From the NCBI GenBank assembly GCA_002269645.1, contig NIVC01000393.1, forward strand, positions 434,001 through 498,000: a DNA stretch of 64,000 bases. The letters run 5' to 3'. Shown here piece by piece: positions 40,731-52,954 of the stretch; position 1 is the first letter of the stretch; each line of letters opens with the position of its first letter. Source of the DNA: Macrostomum lignano. Taxonomy: Eukaryota. The position numbers and the translations under genes were made by a program. A model generated the notes under the pieces. The model saw only the letters and a program-made list of their open reading frames with translations. It was not told where the DNA came from and did not search any database.

Positions 40731-41419
40731 AGGGTTTCAACCTTGGTATCCAGACACTGAAGAGGCCTCATCCTAGTCTCGAGGGGGAATGCCGTGCACG
40801 TCATGCAAAGTCGCAAGGTTTGACATTTGACAAGTTTGTCAAGGTTTGACATTGACATTTTCCTCAAAATCTGTGCACCGAACTTCGAATGCTGCAAAAA
40901 TTTTTATTAATATTTTATTTTTCTGCTTCGCACCTGATCGACAATATTCGAACCGAAATTGCCTCTGATCGATTCAGCATCCGAGCTACCTCGAGAGCAA
41001 AGGTGGTTATTAACTTCTACATGAGATCACCCGCTAAACCCCAGCAACTGTGTACATTTGCCTCAGTGAGTGGACTTGTAATCGCTTAAATCTAATCAGA
41101 CTCTGCAAAGCTTCTGTACTGTACGGCTCTGTACATCCTGGAACTCGCTTTGCACTTTTAGCCCCCCCTGATCGTCTGTCTATACCAGTAATTCAGTAAA
41201 ATTGCTTGTTGAATTTGTCTGTCGCTGTCTCTGTCAAGCTGGGCTCTTGTGGGCACGCTTTGCCAACAGGCCCAACAATTGGCATTGATCTGTACTGCTG
41301 TTGGAAATACACCCGGAAATTAAAGCCAACTTTCGAGTTTTTGCCTGCAAACTGTCATCGACTCCGGGTCTGCTCGCGATGGATCTGACCTTGTCTTCCT
41401 TGTTACGACCTTTGGGGCG

Positions 41420-42235
41420 CCCCTGCACACCCCATGGCGACCCCTGCACACCCATGTCGCTCCTGCACACCCCATGGCGACCCCTGCACACCCCATGGCG
41501 ACCCCTGCACACCCCATGTCGCTCCTGCACACCCCCTGGCGACCCCTGCATACCCCATGGCGACCCCTGCACACCCCATGTCGCTCCTGCACACCCCATG
41601 GCGACCCCTGCATACCCCATGTCGCCCCTGCACACCCCATGGCGACCCCTGCACACCCCATGTCGCTCCTGCACACCCCATGGCGACCCCTGCACACCCC
41701 ATGGTTGCACCCCTGCACACCCCATGGTTGCACCCTGCACACCCCATGGTTGCACCCTGCACACCCCATGGTTGTACCCTGCACACCTCATGGTTGTACC
41801 CTGCACACCTCATGGTTGTACCCTGCACACCCCCTGCACACTCCATGGCGCCCCCTGCACACCCCATGGCGCCCCTGCACACCCCCTGCACACTCCATGG
41901 CGCCCCCTGCACACCCCATGGCGCCCCCTGCACACCCCCTGCACACTCCATGGCGCCCTTAGCCCACCCCATGGCGCCCCTGCACACTCCATGGCGCCCC
42001 CTGCACACCCCATGGCGCCCCCTGCACACCCCCTGCACACCCCATGGCGCCCCTGCACACCCCCTGCACACTCCATGGCGCCCCCTGCACACCCCATGGC
42101 GCCCCCTGCACACCCCCTGCACACTCCATGGCGCCCTTAGCCCACCCCATGGCGCCCCTGCACACTCCATGGCGCCCCCTGCACACCCCATGGCGCCCCC
42201 TGCACACCCCCTGCACACCCCATGGCGCCCCTGCC
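41420..42235. repeat. GC-rich 21-23-bp minisatellite CCCCATGGCG(A/C)CCCCTGCACA
   Basis: Intergenic; source of many spurious ORFs. Confidence 0.95.
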
Positions 42236-42552
42236 CAACTTCTTTAGCCTCTCCAGTTTAGATTTTCCGCATATTTTGTTGTAAAAGATATCAACAACCG
42301 TATGCACTACTAATTATAGAAGTAGTGAAAAGACTTTCAAGTACATACGGAATAACGAGGATCTAAGGCACATCAGATCGAACTGTCTATGGTAAACTCT
42401 GATAAACAGGCGATGGCTGCTAAAGTACTCTTATTTTCAATGAGGGAGTGGCGGATCAAAATAATTTTTCTCAGGGAATTGCAGCGCTTGAATAAATGGC
42501 AGTGAAGCCTGACTGATTGACAGGTCAACGACCTGATTAAAGCTGTAAAGGC

Positions 42553-45500
42553 ATGCGGAGAAGCTGCGACCAAATTCTGATAATTGTCGCACTAATAATT
42601 TGTAAGTCTCCATACATGTAAATGATCATTTGCTTTGCCCTTTAAATTAATAAGAATGATAACACTAGTACACTGCTGTGCACCCTGTGTGAGCGCTGAC
42701 TGCGTTTCAACTGCCGTAACAAACCAACAATTTCGTTGGTCACCAAATTGATGCTCGCAGACACATCGCCGCAGGCGGCATCCGGGCTGCTGTGTCGCAA
42801 CCACTCCGAAGGCTTCCTGTTCAGCAACCTGGCTGCTCAGAGACAGCACGCCAAGCCGACCTCCGTGAACTGCAAGTCGGTGAAAGCTGGAGGCGGCTCG
42901 GTAGCTTGCTTTGAGCTTGCGAGGCGTCAGGGATCGGGACCCATGGTGAGCTCAGCTAAAACTGTATCTAGCTCAGCTAAAACTGTATCTAGCTCAGCTA
43001 AAACTGTATCTAGTAGCTCAGCTAAAACTGTATCTAGTAGCTTAGCTAAACCTGTATCTAGCTCAGCTAAAACTGTATCTAGCTCAGCTAAAACTGTATC
43101 TAGATCAGCTAAAACTGTATCTAGCTCAGCTAAAACTGTATCTAGCTCAGCTAAAACTGTAACTAGCTCAGCTAAAACTGTAACTAGCTCAGCTAAAATT
43201 GTATCTAGTAGCTCAGCTAAAACTGTAACTAGCTCAGCTAAAACTGTATCTAGCTCAGCTAAAATTGTAACTAGCTCAGCTAAAACTGTATCTAGTAGCT
43301 CAGCTAAAACTGTATCTAGTAGCTCAGCTAAAACTGTATCTAGTAGCTCAGCTAAAACTGTAACTAGCTCAGCTAAAACTGTATCTAGTAGCTCAGCTAA
43401 AACTGTATCTAGTAGCTCAGCTAAAACTGTATCTAGCTCAGCTAAAATTGTAACTAGCTCAGCTAAAACTGTATCTAGTAGCTCAGCTAAAACTGTATCT
43501 AGCTCAGCTAAAACTGTATCTAGCTCAGCTAAAACTGTATCTAGTAGCTCAGCTAAAACTGTATCTAGCTCAGCTAAAACTGTAACTAGCTCAGCTTTTA
43601 GCTCAGCTAAAACTGTATCTAGTAGCTCAGCTAAAATTGTATCTAGTAGCTCAGCTAAAACTGTATCTAGTAGCTCAGCTAAAACTGTAACTAGCTCAGC
43701 TAAAACTGTATCTAGTAGCTCAGCTAAAACTGTATCTAGCTCAGCTAAAACTGTATCTAGCTCAGCTAAAACTGTATCTAGCTCAGCTAAAACTGTAACT
43801 AGCTCAGCTAAAACTGTATCAGGCTCAGCTAAAACTGTATCTAGCTCAGCTAAAACTGTATCTAGCTCAGCTAAAACTGTATCTAGCTCAGCTAAAACTG
43901 TATCTAGTAGCTCAGCTAAAACTGAATCTAATAGCTCAGCTAAAACTGAATCTAATAGCTCAGCTAAAACTGTATCTAGCTCAGCTAAAACTGTATCTAG
44001 CTCAGCTAAAACTGTAACTAGCTCAGCTAAAACTGTATCAGGCTCAGCTAAAACTGTATCTAGCTCAGCTAAAACTGTAACTAGCTCAGCTAAAACTGAA
44101 TCTAATAGCTCAGCTAAAACTGTATCTAGCTCAGCTAAAACTGTATCTAGCTCAGCTAAAACTGTATCTAGTAGCTCAGCTAAAACTGTATCTTGCTCAG
44201 CTAAAACTGTATCTAGCTCAGCTAAAACTGTATCTAGCTCAGCTAAAACTGTATCTAGCTCAGCTAAAACTGTAACTAATAGCTCAGCTAAAACTGTATC
44301 TAGCTCAGCTAAAACTGTAACTAATAGCTCAGCTAAAACTGTATCTAGCTCAGCTAAACTTAACAATTACTTGTTTAACCAGTTCTACAAAGCCGGCTGC
44401 AGCTCGGGCTGTCCCAAGCGCGGCAACGCCACGATCTGCCGGCTGTGCCACACGGACCTCTGCAACACCGCCATCGCAGATGAGGTTCGCAAGAACAACC
44501 TGGTCTGCTACACCGGCCTGTTTATAAAAGGCGCCATGACTTTGAAAAGGCGCAGGAAAATTTACTGCTCAGACGATGAGAAGAATTGCTACACTCTTCG
44601 ATGGATTACCGATGTGAGTCCATACCCTGGGGTGTCAGGCAGTCCATATTCTGGGGTGTCAGGCATTCCATACTCTGGGTGTCAGGCATTCCATACCCTG
44701 GGGTGTCAGGCATTCCATACTCTGGGGTGTCAACCATTCCATACTCTGGGGTGTCAGGTATTCCATATTCTGGGGTGTCAACCATTCCATATTCTGGGGT
44801 GTCAGGCATTCCATACTCTGGGGTGTCAGGCATTTCATACCCTGGGGTGTCAGGCATTCCATACCCTGGGGTGTCAGGCATTCCATACTCTGGGGTGTCA
44901 ACCATTCCATACTCTGGGGTGTCAGGTATTCCATATTCTGGGGTGTCAACCATTCCATATTCTGGGGTGTCAGGCATTGATCCATGCTCTGGGGGTCAGG
45001 CATTCCATACTCTGGGGTGTCAGGCATTCCATATTCTGGGGTGTCAGGCATTGATCCATGCTCTGGGGGTCAGGCATTCCATACTCTGGGGTGTCAGGCA
45101 TTCCATACCCTGGGGTGTCAGGCATTCCATACTCTGGGTGTCAGGCATTCCATACTCTGGGGTGTCAGGCATTCCATACCCTGGGGTGTCAGGCATTCCA
45201 TATTCTGGGGTGTCAGACATTCCATATTCTGGGGTGTCAGGCATTCCATACTCTGGGGTGTCAGGCATTCCATACTCTGGGGGTCAGGCATTCCATACTC
45301 TGGGGTGTCAGGCATTCCATGCTCTGGGGGTCAGGCATTCCATGCTCTGGGGGTCAGGCATTCCATACTCTGAGGTGTCAGGCATTCCATACTCTGGAAT
45401 GTCAGGCATTCCATATTCTGGGGTGTCAGGCATTCCATATTCTGGGGTTTCAGACATTCCATATTCTGGGGTGTCAGGCATTCCATACTCTGGGGTGTCA

Positions 45501-46634
45501 GGCATTCCATACTCTGGGGGTCAGGCATTCCATACTCTGGGGTGTCAACCATTCCATACTCTTGGGTGTCAGGCATTCCATATTCTGGGGTGTCAGGCAT
45601 TCCATTTTCTGGGGTGTCAGGCATTCCATACTCTGGGGTGTCAGGCATTCCATACTCTGGGGTGTCAGGCATTCCATACTCTGGGGTGTCAGGCATTCCA
45701 TACCCTGGGGTGTCAGGCATTCCATACTCTGGGGTGTCAGGCATTCCATACTCTGGGGTGTCAGGCATTCCATACTCTGGGGTGTCAGGCATTCCATACT
45801 CTGGGTGTCAGGCATTCCATACTCTGGGTGTCAGGCATTCCATATTCTGGGGTGTCAGGCATTCCATACCATGGGGTGTCAGGCATTCCATACCCTGGGG
45901 TGTCAGGCATTCCATACTCTGAGGTGTCAGGCATTCTATACTCTGGGATTGTCAGGTAATAGTTGTGCACACATGGAAATGTACTCAGGCACATATTGAA
46001 GCCTAGTGGTTAGAGCGTCAGACTAGCAACTGAAAGGTCGGGGGTTCGATTCTCGGTCCACTCGGAACGATTTGTGTCCTGAAGCAAGACATTTAATATT
46101 GCATTGCTTCAGTTCACCCAGCCGTAAAATAGGTGGTTATTGAGGGTGTGCATGGCGACCTCCCAGTCCTTGACTTGGGCTTGAATCGCACACGACAAAC
46201 CCCCGGGGGTTACTTGTAGGCTCGGTTCGGACGAGTTACCGCTGAGCCCCTCTGCCTGCCCCTCCATCAACTGGTCGTCCAGGGAGGGTCTAGGGTTCGA
46301 TTCTAGTTACGCTCGTATCTTAACGTTCCCAGTCAAGGTCCGTCAATTAATGTACTATCAACTTCACTCCCGACATCCGCAGAAACTCCGCGCCCCGAAG
46401 TACTTCGGAGGCTGCGGCCACCAGCCCTGCCCGCCAAAGAAGAAGGGCGTCGCCTGCAGGCTGACGAACTGCACGAAGAGCCTCTGCAACGCGCCGCCGG
46501 CAAAGCGGCGCAAATCTTGCCCAGCAACCGGCTGCAACGGAGCGGACAGGTTTCTAGGAAATTCCGTCTGGGCGGCGCCAAGGATTCTGGCTGCGGTCCT
46601 GCTGGGGCGACTGGCAGGTGCCATCTTTGCTTAG
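42553..46634 (+). CDS. Two-domain Ly6/uPAR (three-finger fold) protein, predicted secreted and GPI-anchored
   Basis: Exons 42553-42601 (GTAAGT), 42761-42945, 44383-44613 and 46383-46634 (phases 1,0,0). It has a signal peptide MRRSCDQILIIVALIIYTSPQAASG followed by LLC, two 8-Cys modules ending CHTDLCN and CTKSLCN, and a hydrophobic C-terminus RILAAVLLGRLAGAIFA. Confidence 0.85.
42950..44360. repeat. Intronic 18/21-bp array AGCTCAGCTAAAACTGTATCT
   Basis: Starts immediately after donor GTGAG; stop-free in frame (SSAKTV)n. Confidence 0.97.
44620..45955. repeat. Intronic 24-bp array GGGGTGTCAGGCATTCCATACTCT
   Basis: Starts just after donor GTGAGT at 44614. Confidence 0.97.
45988..46180 (+). mobile_element. 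tRNA-derived SINE (second copy of the family at ~25300)
   Basis: Contains CCTAGTGGTTAGAGCG, GGTTCGATTC and TGTGTCCTGAAGCAAGAC...CATTGCTTCAGTTCACCCAGC.GTAAAAT; aligns with the 25170-25390 copy through GGCGACC. Confidence 0.85.
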
Positions 46635-48609
46635 TTACTCCACTAAAATTTCTAAATGTTTAAAACCTGGTCCTTCTTGCGTTTTTTAAATTCACCGAGC
46701 ATTTCTTTAATAAATACATGTAAACTAAAAAGCTCAACTTCAATTTCCAAGTGTTGTTGGGGTCATGGGGGTCGTGATCCCCTCCAGACTAGAGGCCGGA
46801 TGACTTGGAAGTTTAAAATCATCTAGTAGGGGCACTGAAGCTATACATAATAAAAGTGGACATTTCAGTGCCCCTTTACATTGATCTTGGCCTTTTAATT
46901 TTAAAATGCATTATGGACCTGTCACTTGTTACTTGTTATGCAACCAGTCCACTGCGCTTTCGTGCCATGGATCTTACATTCCCTAGATAGGCCATTTAGC
47001 TTGGGCCTGATTGAGTAGCTTAGGGACATAGACGCTATTTTTTGAGAATTTAATAGAACTTCTCGTGAATTATATCAAAAGCTACTCAATCAAACTAAGA
47101 ATGACGCATGCACTGCAGATACTACTGACGAAATTGAGTTCAGTAGTTAATTTTCGCGCTGTCGCGAGTTGCAAAATTTTTCACATTGGCTTTTATGGCC
47201 ACATAAGTGGTTAATGAGTGGCCCATCTTGTGTATATATGATCATTGTCTTGTGCCAACTCTAACCAAAAGTACGCGCTTATGCAAGTGCGAGCTCATGA
47301 CACTGCGCGCTTATCCAAGGTTAATCTTTGTGAAATGGAGGACTAGTGGACTTGTGGACTATAATATTCGAGGCGAACCCCGCTTCGAGTAGTTAGGCCA
47401 TAGATTCTATATTCTCTATATAGATGGCCATACTGAGTTAATACTGAGCAAAGTCGTAGAATCCAACGCAGCAATGAAAAAATCCGCGACATCAAAAACT
47501 TTTCATGTCTGATTTCGCTTATTCAACTTTAAGCCCAAAGACAGCTAAAGACTGTGCAGAAAATAACGTCTGTGTCCCAAAAAACTACTGAAAAGTAATT
47601 CCTTCGCGTCGTAGTCGCCTTCTAGAGAATATATAGGATCTATGGGTTGAACCGCCTGGAAATACATTACCGTGGAAAAAGATGCGAAAGTACATCAAGC
47701 AGAAGTTTATTCTATTTTAATACGTTGGAGTTTTAAATATTGTTGTCTTTATATATTTATGACGAGTAATACGAGTCGTACTTTGGAAGTTTTAATGCAA
47801 CAATAAACAGGTAGTTTCATCATAGTGAATTTATATAGTGAACATAAATCGGTAAATGTATTTTTGGTCGTTAAAATACATAAAAATTTATGATTTGTAC
47901 TTTTGAGTATGATTATACTGCGTACTTAGTTGCTACGTAAATGGTTACACGTATCCTGCTAAAAGCTGATCCCTTTAGCCGAAGTACAAGCCATTACCTT
48001 TTTAGCTGAATTACTTTATTAACTAAATTAATAAATTTGTGATTTACGACGTGATAAAATTTTATTATAAGTACTTGTCGTAAGACACACGCGCAGAATT
48101 TTGAAACTCCAAGAAAGTAAAAATGAGTATCGTTTTATCCTACGCAACTTCGACTCATAGAGACAACTGAGCTGGATACCGGCAGTAAGGAACGCATGTC
48201 TCGTATTTTGTCGTCTTTAGAGAATGGCATAGTGCTGAATTGGGTTTCGCCATAGACAAGTTTGATTCAATCAAGGACCACTCAAGTAGGACCGGAAACT
48301 ACGTTTCTTGGAACGCTTTAGGCGGCAGTTTTTGCCGCAGTTTTTACCCTTTTTGTTACACCAGTCATTAAACAAAGAATGATAAAATTATTAACGTAGA
48401 AATGTAGTTTCCAGTCCTTCTACTTAAGTAGTCCTTGGTTTGGTCGAGAAAAATCTGCGCTAGAAGAATCCAATTGCCTGAGAGCATAGAAATTTATGAG
48501 AGCCTAATATACGTAACATTCCTAACGACCCCAGCTCATTTCTAAGAACATCCTGTGTGACGTGACGTCCTTCTACTTCAGTTTTCCATGCTTCAGCCAT
48601 GCTGCGATG

Positions 48610-50996
48610 TTAATCTTTGTTGTCCTCTTTGTCCTTAATTGGCAGCAGCGAATTTGCAGCGGCTTCGGCCAGCGGCTTCATCAAATACGAGTCTAAGTCT
48701 AACTTTGGCAAATGGGTAAAAAAACTCGCATTTCGGGTCACAAGCGAAACCAGCAGGGGCAGTCCTCGGATGCTCCACTTCAGTCCGAGACGAAGAACCG
48801 TTCGCAGGATCTGATTGGATGCGCCCTTCGGGATGCTCACCAGCTCTAGTAGTTCAGTTCGCAGGTCTTGAACAATGTCTACCGCCATGCCGACTCTTTT
48901 CTTGCCGGATCCCAGCTTACCGATCCCATTGAGAATCGCATCCAAAATTGGGCTTTCCAATGCGTCCTTCATTTTCTTTTTGAAGCTGTCGACTTGGCGC
49001 GAGAGATCGAGTCCGGATTTGGCCCAGATGCAGAAGTGCTCACAGTTGCACTGACCAACGTGGTATGCGGTCTCCTTCTCGCGTTCAAAAGCTCGTTTGA
49101 GCACAACCTTTGGACTGAAGCAGTCGAGGCTGTGGTATTGAACCAGTCGGCCATCCTTCTCGACATCTGCAAAGGGGTACAGAGTCTTTTGAATCGTACC
49201 CTTCGCCGCAAAAGCCAAGGCAGCCGATGCTGTCCTTGCGTCAATCTCGCCAGTGTACTCAATCAATGCCACCTGTTGTGTGTCCTCTAAAACCTCCACA
49301 ACAATCGCATGGTGACAGTAGAATCTTCGCTTAAAATCCAAGTGATCTCCGGGCTTCAGATCTGCGGCACTTTTCAATTTAGCAATCTGAAAAGGCAGCC
49401 CCATCTCGCTGCTGGAATGACGGGGCAGAGCGCGTCTGAGTTCGGGTACAGTTTTTGGAATTCTCGAGTCCCGGCAATTGTCCAAGCAGATGGGGCTGGA
49501 TTTGCCGCAGGCGCACTCAAGCAAATTATTGCCACTGTCACCCTCAACAGGATGCAGGTGCGACAAGCCGCAACAATGCGATTCCAGCTCCTCGAAGCCG
49601 TCGGGTACCTCTGCGGGAGCTGGCGTCTGCGCGGGCTCGATGTCGCAAATCGACTCACAATTGCCGCATGCGCTGCAGTGCTGCACTAGCCACGTGCTTC
49701 CTTCCCGGTCTTCGAACCCGATTTCTGCTGCGGGTTTGCCACAACGCTCACAGTCGGTTTGCTTTACGTGGTCGTTGTTCAACTGTCGCTGAACTTCGTG
49801 CTTAGCATTGGAGCAGAGCTCGTCGATTCGACGTTTCGACATTTTTCCGTCACAGTTGTGGCAAAGAACGACTTCTTCGCCAGCAGAGATTTCGTCCGTC
49901 TCGACTCGACCGCTTTCGCACTTGGGACAATGCTCTCCGGAGATTTCGAATTGGAAAATGTACCTTGAATACGGTAGCTGACAGTCTGGGCAGTAGAAGG
50001 ACACCATCAGTGAGTCTGCCTTATCTAGGTCGAACAGTAGCGGCTCGTTGTTTTGGCATGAACAACCAACGAAACGCCACAACTCCTCCGAATAATTCAT
50101 CGAGCACGGAGGCTGGGGAATGGAGAGGTAGGTATAAGGTAGACTTGAACCAGTTGTACCTCTTCATCGAATCTTGAGTGAATGTAACCTCGACCCTCCA
50201 CTATCACAATCACGCAGTAAAACTTAGTCTCACCTGTTCTGTGCTCGGCTCTGAAGCTTTTTTACTCAAAGAAACCTCTGCTATCTCTCCGTTTAGCTCT
50301 TCAAAGTGGTCCGCTTCTTGACCGCACTTCGGGCAACTCGCCAACTCATCCGTGGGTTTGTACTTGTTGTTGCACCGTCTGCAGCAGGCGATCAGACACG
50401 GGTCTCTGACATGGGCGTGTTTCTGGTAATTTAATAAGGTACAATTGTTATCACCGAAAAAAGGGCAGGTTCTTGATTAAATACGCTCGTAAGACACTAA
50501 GACAGCGCATCTCTTACGGTTCCTGGCGACGAAACGCTGCGATGAAGCGCTGGGGCCTCCGGTTGAGCGAGCTTGCAATCTTCTTTCGTATGCAAACTGT
50601 TTGGCAAGCTTGGTGAGTCAGTCTGTCAGGGGGTTTATGTGCGTTGTGATTAATATTTTCCTTGTTAAACTGATAACGAAAATTTTGCTAAAGAATGAAC
50701 TCTTCTACCGAAAGGTCTTCTAAATGGTTTCTAAACCATCTCCTAACAGAGTCACTCACCGAGGCGGCACTCAAGCAGTACTTGCACAAAATGTTTGTAT
50801 TATCCGGCACGGCATCAACACTAGAGCTTTCACACTTTGGACAGCACAGTCGGTCTTCGACTGCGAATTCCCTGTCAAAGAGTTCGTCACAGTCTCCGCA
50901 GTAAATCGAGCCGCACTTGCTGATGTCTCGCTCGCAGCTCTCGCATCTGTTGAGTCCGGCTTCGGCCATGTCACACAGAGATCTGAGAGGATTCAT
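48610..50996 (-). CDS. Multi-zinc-ribbon + LRAT/PLAAT (NlpC/P60) domain protein, ~677 aa
   Basis: Exons (minus strand) 50996-50760, 50622-50518, 50422-50234 and 50112-48610, all phase 0 with GTGAGT/GTAAGA/GTGAGA donors and CAG acceptors. LRAT motifs LKPGDHLDFKRRFYCHHAIVV and YHVGQCNCEHF are present. More than ten CxxC pairs lie N-terminal (CESC, CGDC, CPKC, CKYC, CRRC, CPKC, CPDC, CPKC, CHNC, CERC, CSAC). Confidence 0.88.
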
Positions 50997-51465
50997 TTTG
51001 ATCAAAAAACAAAAGCAGTTATTTGAAAACTACTTGCAGTAGGAAGGAATAATCTAAAAAAACGTTTTCACAACACTAAAATGCTTAAGGATTCGATTAC
51101 CCCTTTTCTTGTCTCTGCGCCATGGCATAGAGACCTTAGAGACGTCTCAAAGTCGTAACATTTTACAAACCCGCTGCGATTATCTATGGCAGACTTCAAT
51201 AAGTAAAAAAACTCGTATGCATATAAGTATCTAGTTAATGTTTCTACAACTTGTAGATTTTGAAAGTAAAGCTTAAAACTGATAAATAATGCTTAGTATC
51301 AGTTACTTTTTTTCAATTCGCAAAATAAGGAGTTTTGGCCATAGATAATTTTTTAGATTTCGTTCTTTCTTTCTTTGTCTAGAGTGCTGGGGTGCAAATG
51401 TGGGGGCTACCTCAGCGCCCCCTTGACCCCGCTTTCTTTTGACTTTGCCATAGAAATTTTACCGG

Positions 51466-51697
51466 CCGTGAAACCAGCTGAATGCATTGGAGTAAATGGG
51501 ATTTTACCATAGACAGTCTCAGCGGGCCGTGAAACCGACTGAATGCATTGGAGTAAATGGGATTTTACCATAGACAGTCTCAGGGGGCCGTGAAACCAAC
51601 TGAATGCATTGGAGTAAATGGGATTTTACCATAGACAGTCTCAGCGGGCCGTGAAACCGACTGAATGCATTGGAGTAAATGGGATTTTACCATAGAC
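51466..51697. repeat. 61-bp tandem repeat, ~4 copies (CCGTGAAACCGACTGAATGCATTGGAGTAAATGGGATTTTACCATAGACAGTCTCAGCGGG)
   Basis: Unit starts at 51466, 51527, 51588 and 51649. Confidence 0.93.
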
Positions 51698-52954
51698 ACG
51701 CCCGCTAACTATAACACTAATATGGATGGGCCGCATCGGGCAGAAACGAGCCAACATTCCTCGGCGCTACGCGGCTCGGCGTTATAGCTCATTTCTGCCC
51801 TCTGCAGCCCATCAATATTGGTATAATATAGAATCTGAGGTCTTGAACGTGCTCTACTTGTGTAGGTGTGAAATTGGAAAAATATCATTGCCACATTAGC
51901 ATAGAAATGGGTAATGCTTTCTCTAGCTTCCAATCCACCTGTGCTATTTCCATAAGTCATTCGTAAAGTGAACCGAACAAAGAGGCTTCCCTGACAGGAG
52001 GATTTGGAAATTTGGGGATTATGAACAGGCCTTTTTTCTGATATAGCAATCACAGACTCACAGTCAGGCATTAAAGACACTTACAAAAGCAAAAATGGAA
52101 AAACTAGAAAAAACTTACGCTATTCTTATCAGCGTTGGTACAAAAAACGCAGACCTCTTTGGTTGTCTGCTTTCTTCAGGCTCTTCAATTTCTTTGAGGT
52201 TTTACACTAGTGCACCGCAGTACGGACGGTACATGGAACTAAACCCAGGCCGTCTCCATTTGGTTCTTAAATACAATCTCTGCTATTACGAGCGTACGGC
52301 TATTCCCAAAAAGGTCGAGACGCGTACGCCGTACAGTGCTTCTGCGTGAGCACAGGGTGCGTACAATCAACATTGATTGAGATAGTTCCCTTTTGTTTGA
52401 GTGTATAATTGTTTTCAGTTTTGTGAACAAATGTACATTTGCACAAACGAGCGTACTTTCCATGCGCACGACAGCTTGCGGTTGGCTGCTTTCAAGGTCA
52501 AGGTCAGACAGACCAGAAGGGGGGAGGGTGGATCCCGAGGTGAAGACCCGAAATTGACACCTCGCCCCCCTGGTTGCACCACTGAGATAGACAGAACTTT
52601 TCGTATTCTGTCCCCTCTTCAAATAATATTGAAGAAATCCTAGAGTTTTTTATTTCGAATTTTCGCGTTATTTTTGGCGTTTGATGTTTAACGTTTTCTT
52701 AATGTCATGTCGTGTCCACTGTCCAGTTTGTTATTCATGAAATGTTTTACATCTATTGCAAAAAACAAGTGACAAAGACCGATTTAGCAGAGTTGGCATT
52801 CCGAACGGAAAAGCGGGGGCTGATTTCTTTGTTTCTGTTTGGCTCTGCGACTGTATTGATCAAGATAATCTTTGCAACTTTCCATCTTAACTTCTCAGTC
52901 TCACCCTCTAATGAGAGAGGAATCTCACCTAAATCCTTGTTGACTTTGGCGCCT

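Noticed and set aside
41234-42261. Collagen- or mucin-like His/Pro-rich ORFs
   Set aside because: All frames derive from the GC-rich minisatellite; the same applies to ORFs at 22.6-24.1, 29.0-30.1, 33.9-34.5, 44.6-46.0, 52.7-54.3 and 59.8-60.5 kb.
42927-44366. Antisense 479-aa ORF (LAELDTV)n resembling a coiled-coil protein
   Set aside because: It is the reverse frame of the intronic 18/21-bp array, with no unique sequence or independent gene signals.
45988-46075. tRNA gene
   Set aside because: A/B boxes continue into a shared SINE body and no complete cloverleaf acceptor stem is evident; called as SINE (same for ~25310-25390).
50160-50172. 13-nt AG..GT-flanked micro-exon in the LRAT gene intron
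   Set aside because: Inclusion would shift the frame; flanking exons already join in phase 0.
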